Source: the human T2T-CHM13v2.0 reference genome, Homo sapiens. Taken from it: a DNA stretch of 64,000 bases. This document shows positions 61,601-64,000 of the stretch, piece after piece (position 1 is the first letter of the stretch; every line of letters begins with the position of its first letter). Made by a program: the position numbers and the translations under genes. The stretch lies in NCBI RefSeq assembly GCF_009914755.1, contig NC_060944.1. One strand, written 5' to 3'. A model generated the notes under the pieces. It had not been told where the DNA came from. It ran no database searches and saw only the letters and a program-made list of their open reading frames with translations.

Positions 61601-64000
61601 TTTTGTCATATCTGGAAGTGTCCATTCGGAGCGCATTCAGGCTTGTGTTGAAAAAGGAAATATCCTCCCATAAAAACTAGACAGAAGCATTCTCAGAGAC
61701 TTATCTGTGATGTATGTACTCAACTAACAAAACTAAACCATCGTTTTGAAGGAGCAGTTTTGAAACACTCTTTTTGCGGAATCTGCAAGTGGATATTTGG
61801 CTAGCTGGGACGATTTCGTTGGAAACGGGATTACATACAAAAAGCAGACAGCAGCATTCTCAGAAACTTCTTTGTGATGTTTGCATTCAAGTCACAGAGT
61901 TGAACATTCCCTTTCATAGAGCAGGTTTGAAACACTCTTTTTGTAGTATCTGGATGTGGACATTTGGATCGCTTTCAGGCCTATGGTGAAAAAGGAAATA
62001 TCTTCCCATGAAAACTAGACAGAAGCATTCTCAGAAACTTATTTGTGATGTGTGCCCTCAACTGACAGTGTTGAACCTTTGTTTTGATAGAGCAGTTCTG
62101 AAACACACTTTTTGTAAAATCTGCAAGAGGATATTTGGATAGCTTTGAGGATTTCGTTGGAAACGGGAATGTCTTCATGTAAACTCTAGACAGAAGCATT
62201 CTCAGAAACTGCTTTGGGATGTTTCAATTGAAGTCCCAGTGTTGAACATTCCCTTTCATAGAGCAGGTTTGAAACACTCTTTTTGTACTATCTGGAAGTG
62301 GACATTTGGAGCGCTTTCAGGTCTACGGTGAAAAAGGAGATATCTTCCAATAAAAACTAGATAGAAGCAATGTCAGAACTTTTTTCATGATGTATCTACT
62401 CAGCAAACAGAGTTGAACCTTTCTTTTGAGAGAGCAGTTTTGAAACACTCTTTTTGTGGAATATGCAAGTGGGTATTAGGCCAGCTTGGAGGATTTCGTT
62501 GGAAACGGGAATACGTATAAAAAGCAGACAGCAGCATTGTCAGAAACTACTTTGTGATGTTTGCATTCAAGTCACAGAATTGAACACTCCCTTTCACAGA
62601 GCAGGTTTGAAACACTCTTTTTGTAGTGTCTGTAAGTGAACATTTGGATTGCTTTCAGGCCTAAGGTGAAAAAGGAAATATCTTCCCATAAAAACTAGAC
62701 AGAAGCATTCTCAGAAACTTGTTTGTGATGTGTGCCCTCTACTGACAGAGTTGAACCTTTCTTTGCAAAGAGCAGTTTTGAAACACTCTTTTTGTAGAAT
62801 CTGCAAGAGGATATTTGGATAGCTTTGAGGATTTCTTGGGAAACGGGAATGTCTTCAGATAAACTCTAGACAGAAGCATTCTCAGAAACTTCTTTGGGAT
62901 GTTTCAATTGAAGTCACAGTGTTGAACATTCCCTTTCACAGAGCAGGTTTGAAACACTCTTTTTGTAGTGTCTATAAGTGAACATTTGGCGTGATTTCAG
63001 GCCTAACGTGAAAAAGGAAATATCTTCCCATAAAAACTAGACAGAAGCATTCTCAGAAACTTGTTCGTGATGTGTGCCCTCTAACTGACAGAGTGGAACC
63101 TTTCTTTGCAAAGAGCAGCTTTGAAACACTCTTTTTGTAGAATCTGCAAGAGGATATTTGGATAGCTTTGAGGATTTCGTTGGAAACGGGTATGTCTTCA
63201 GATAAACTCTAGACAGAAGCATTCTCAGAAACTTCTTTGGGATGTTGCATTCAAGTCACAGAGTAGAACATTCACATTCATAGAGCAGATTTGAAACACT
63301 CTTTTTGTAGTATCTGGAAGTGGACATTTGGAACGCTTTCAGGCCTATGTTGAAAAAGGAAATATCTTCCCATAAAAACTAGACGGAAGCATTCTCAGAA
63401 ACTTACTTGTGATGTGTTTGCTCAACTAACAGAATTGAACCATCGTTTTGAAGGAGCAGTTTTGAAACACTGTTTTCGTGGAATCTGCAAGTGGATATTT
63501 GGCTAGCTTTGAGGATTTCGTTGGAAACGGGATTACATATAAAAAGGAGACAGCAGCATTCTCAGAAACTTCTTTGTGATGTCTGCATTCAAGTCACAGA
63601 GTTGAGCATTCCCTTTCATAGAGCAGGTTGGAAACACTCTTTTTGTAGTATCTGGATGAGGACATTTGGAGCGCTTTCAGGCGTATGGTGAAAAAGGAAA
63701 TATCTTCCCGTAAAAACTAGACAGAAGCATTCTCAGAAATTTATTTGTGATGTGTGCCTTCAACTAACAGAGTTGAACCTTTCTTTTGATAGAGCAGTTT
63801 TGAAACACTCTTTTTGTAAAATCTGCAAGAGGATATTTGGATAGCTTTGAGGATTTCATTGCAAACGGGAATGGCTTCATATAAACTCTAGACAGAAGCA
63901 TTCTCAGAAACTTCGTTGGGATGTTTCGATTGAAGTCCCAGTGTTGAACATTCCCTTTTATAGAGCAGGTTGGAAACACTCTTTCTGCATTCCCTGGAAG
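46640..64000 (+). repeat. Block of homogeneous class B HORs (second), runs off the window end
   Basis: GAATTC at 47931, 50650, 53369, 56089, 58808, 61527 with the same linked alleles as the first class B block. Confidence 0.88.
50042..64000 (+). repeat. Tandem 8,158-bp three-HOR unit (about 1.7 copies in this interval; a further copy at ~25238-32780)
   Basis: A rare 1-bp insertion allele CTCTAACTGACAGAGTGGAAC (~30121, ~54925, ~63083) and CAGAGACTTATCTGTG (~28732, ~53536, ~61694) recur at +24,804 and then +8,158. Confidence 0.88.

Larger units (their letters stand above)
1..64000 (+). repeat. Alpha-satellite (alphoid) centromeric tandem array, ~171-bp monomers, head-to-tail in one orientation
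   Basis: Alphoid hallmark sequence (AGACAGAAGCATTCTCAGAAACTT...GTGATGT...GAGTTGAAC...TTGAAACACTCTTTTTGTAG...ATTTGGA) recurs every ~167-171 bp from the first base to the last; no non-alphoid sequence or strand switch seen. Confidence 0.99.
1..64000 (+). repeat. 16-monomer higher-order repeat (HOR), 2719-bp unit, dimeric A/B organisation (suprachromosomal family 2-like); probably human chr20 live array D20Z2/S2C20H1L
   Basis: The HOR marker AGACAGCAGCATTGTCAGAAACTACT (or a close variant) starts at 1, 2718, 5437, 8156, 10532, 13250, 15969, 18688, 21407, 24126, 26845, 29564, 32284, 35000, 37717, 40436, 43155, 45531, 46211, 48930, 51649, 54368, 57088, 59807, 62526. Consensus dimer lengths 342+341+338+342+338+338+342+338 = 2719. 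The HOR itself is near-certain. The chr20 assignment comes from recall that D20Z2 is a dimeric 16-mer, whereas the D17Z1 16-mer is pentameric (SF3); the confidence value reflects that assignment. Confidence 0.8.

Noticed and set aside
965-63979. About 150 short ORFs (61-102 aa) on both strands, e.g. MDIWLALRISLETG..., MLLSRVYMKTFPF...
   Set aside because: They recur with the HOR period, overlap on opposite strands, often use non-ATG starts, resemble no protein family I recognise, and appear or vanish with single SNPs/indels. They are chance translations of satellite DNA.
1-64000. CRISPR-like look: short conserved motif (AGAAGCATTCTCAGAAACT) separated by variable sequence
   Set aside because: The intervening sequences are mutually homologous parts of 171-bp monomers, not unique spacers, and no cas genes are present.
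1-64000. Possible LINE/Alu insertion, inversion or non-satellite island
   Set aside because: Marker spacing accounts for all bases as whole monomers plus 1-2 bp indels; no poly-A tail, target-site duplication or reverse-strand monomer seen.

Overview
The whole 64-kb window is uninterrupted, single-orientation primate centromeric alpha-satellite DNA: about 376 monomers of ~171 bp. I see no gene, RNA gene, transposon, inversion or CRISPR array, and all predicted ORFs are by-products of the repeat. Monomers alternate strictly between A-type (pJ-alpha-box) and B-type (CENP-B-box) forms and build a 16-monomer higher-order repeat (HOR) of 2719 bp, about 23.5 copies. A dimeric, CENP-B-box-rich 16-mer fits the human chromosome 20 live array D20Z2 (S2C20H1L) best, but this is an inference that needs an alignment. 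The interesting signal is multi-scale structure. (1) The 16-mer decomposes into 6+6+2+2 monomers. (2) Two HOR haplotype classes sit in alternating blocks: heterogeneous class A, and homogeneous class B marked by an EcoRI site. (3) A ~35-kb (34,999-bp, 13-HOR) super-duplication is present. (4) A 14-mer deletion variant occurs in both super-copies. (5) A 4,757-bp (28-monomer) out-of-register deletion in the second super-copy makes a chimeric monomer. (6) An 8,158-bp three-HOR unit has been re-amplified. (7) Most class B copies have lost one CENP-B box. I found no evidence for a new protein-coding or RNA system; the novelty is limited to array architecture and its evolution. All variant comparisons were made by eye.
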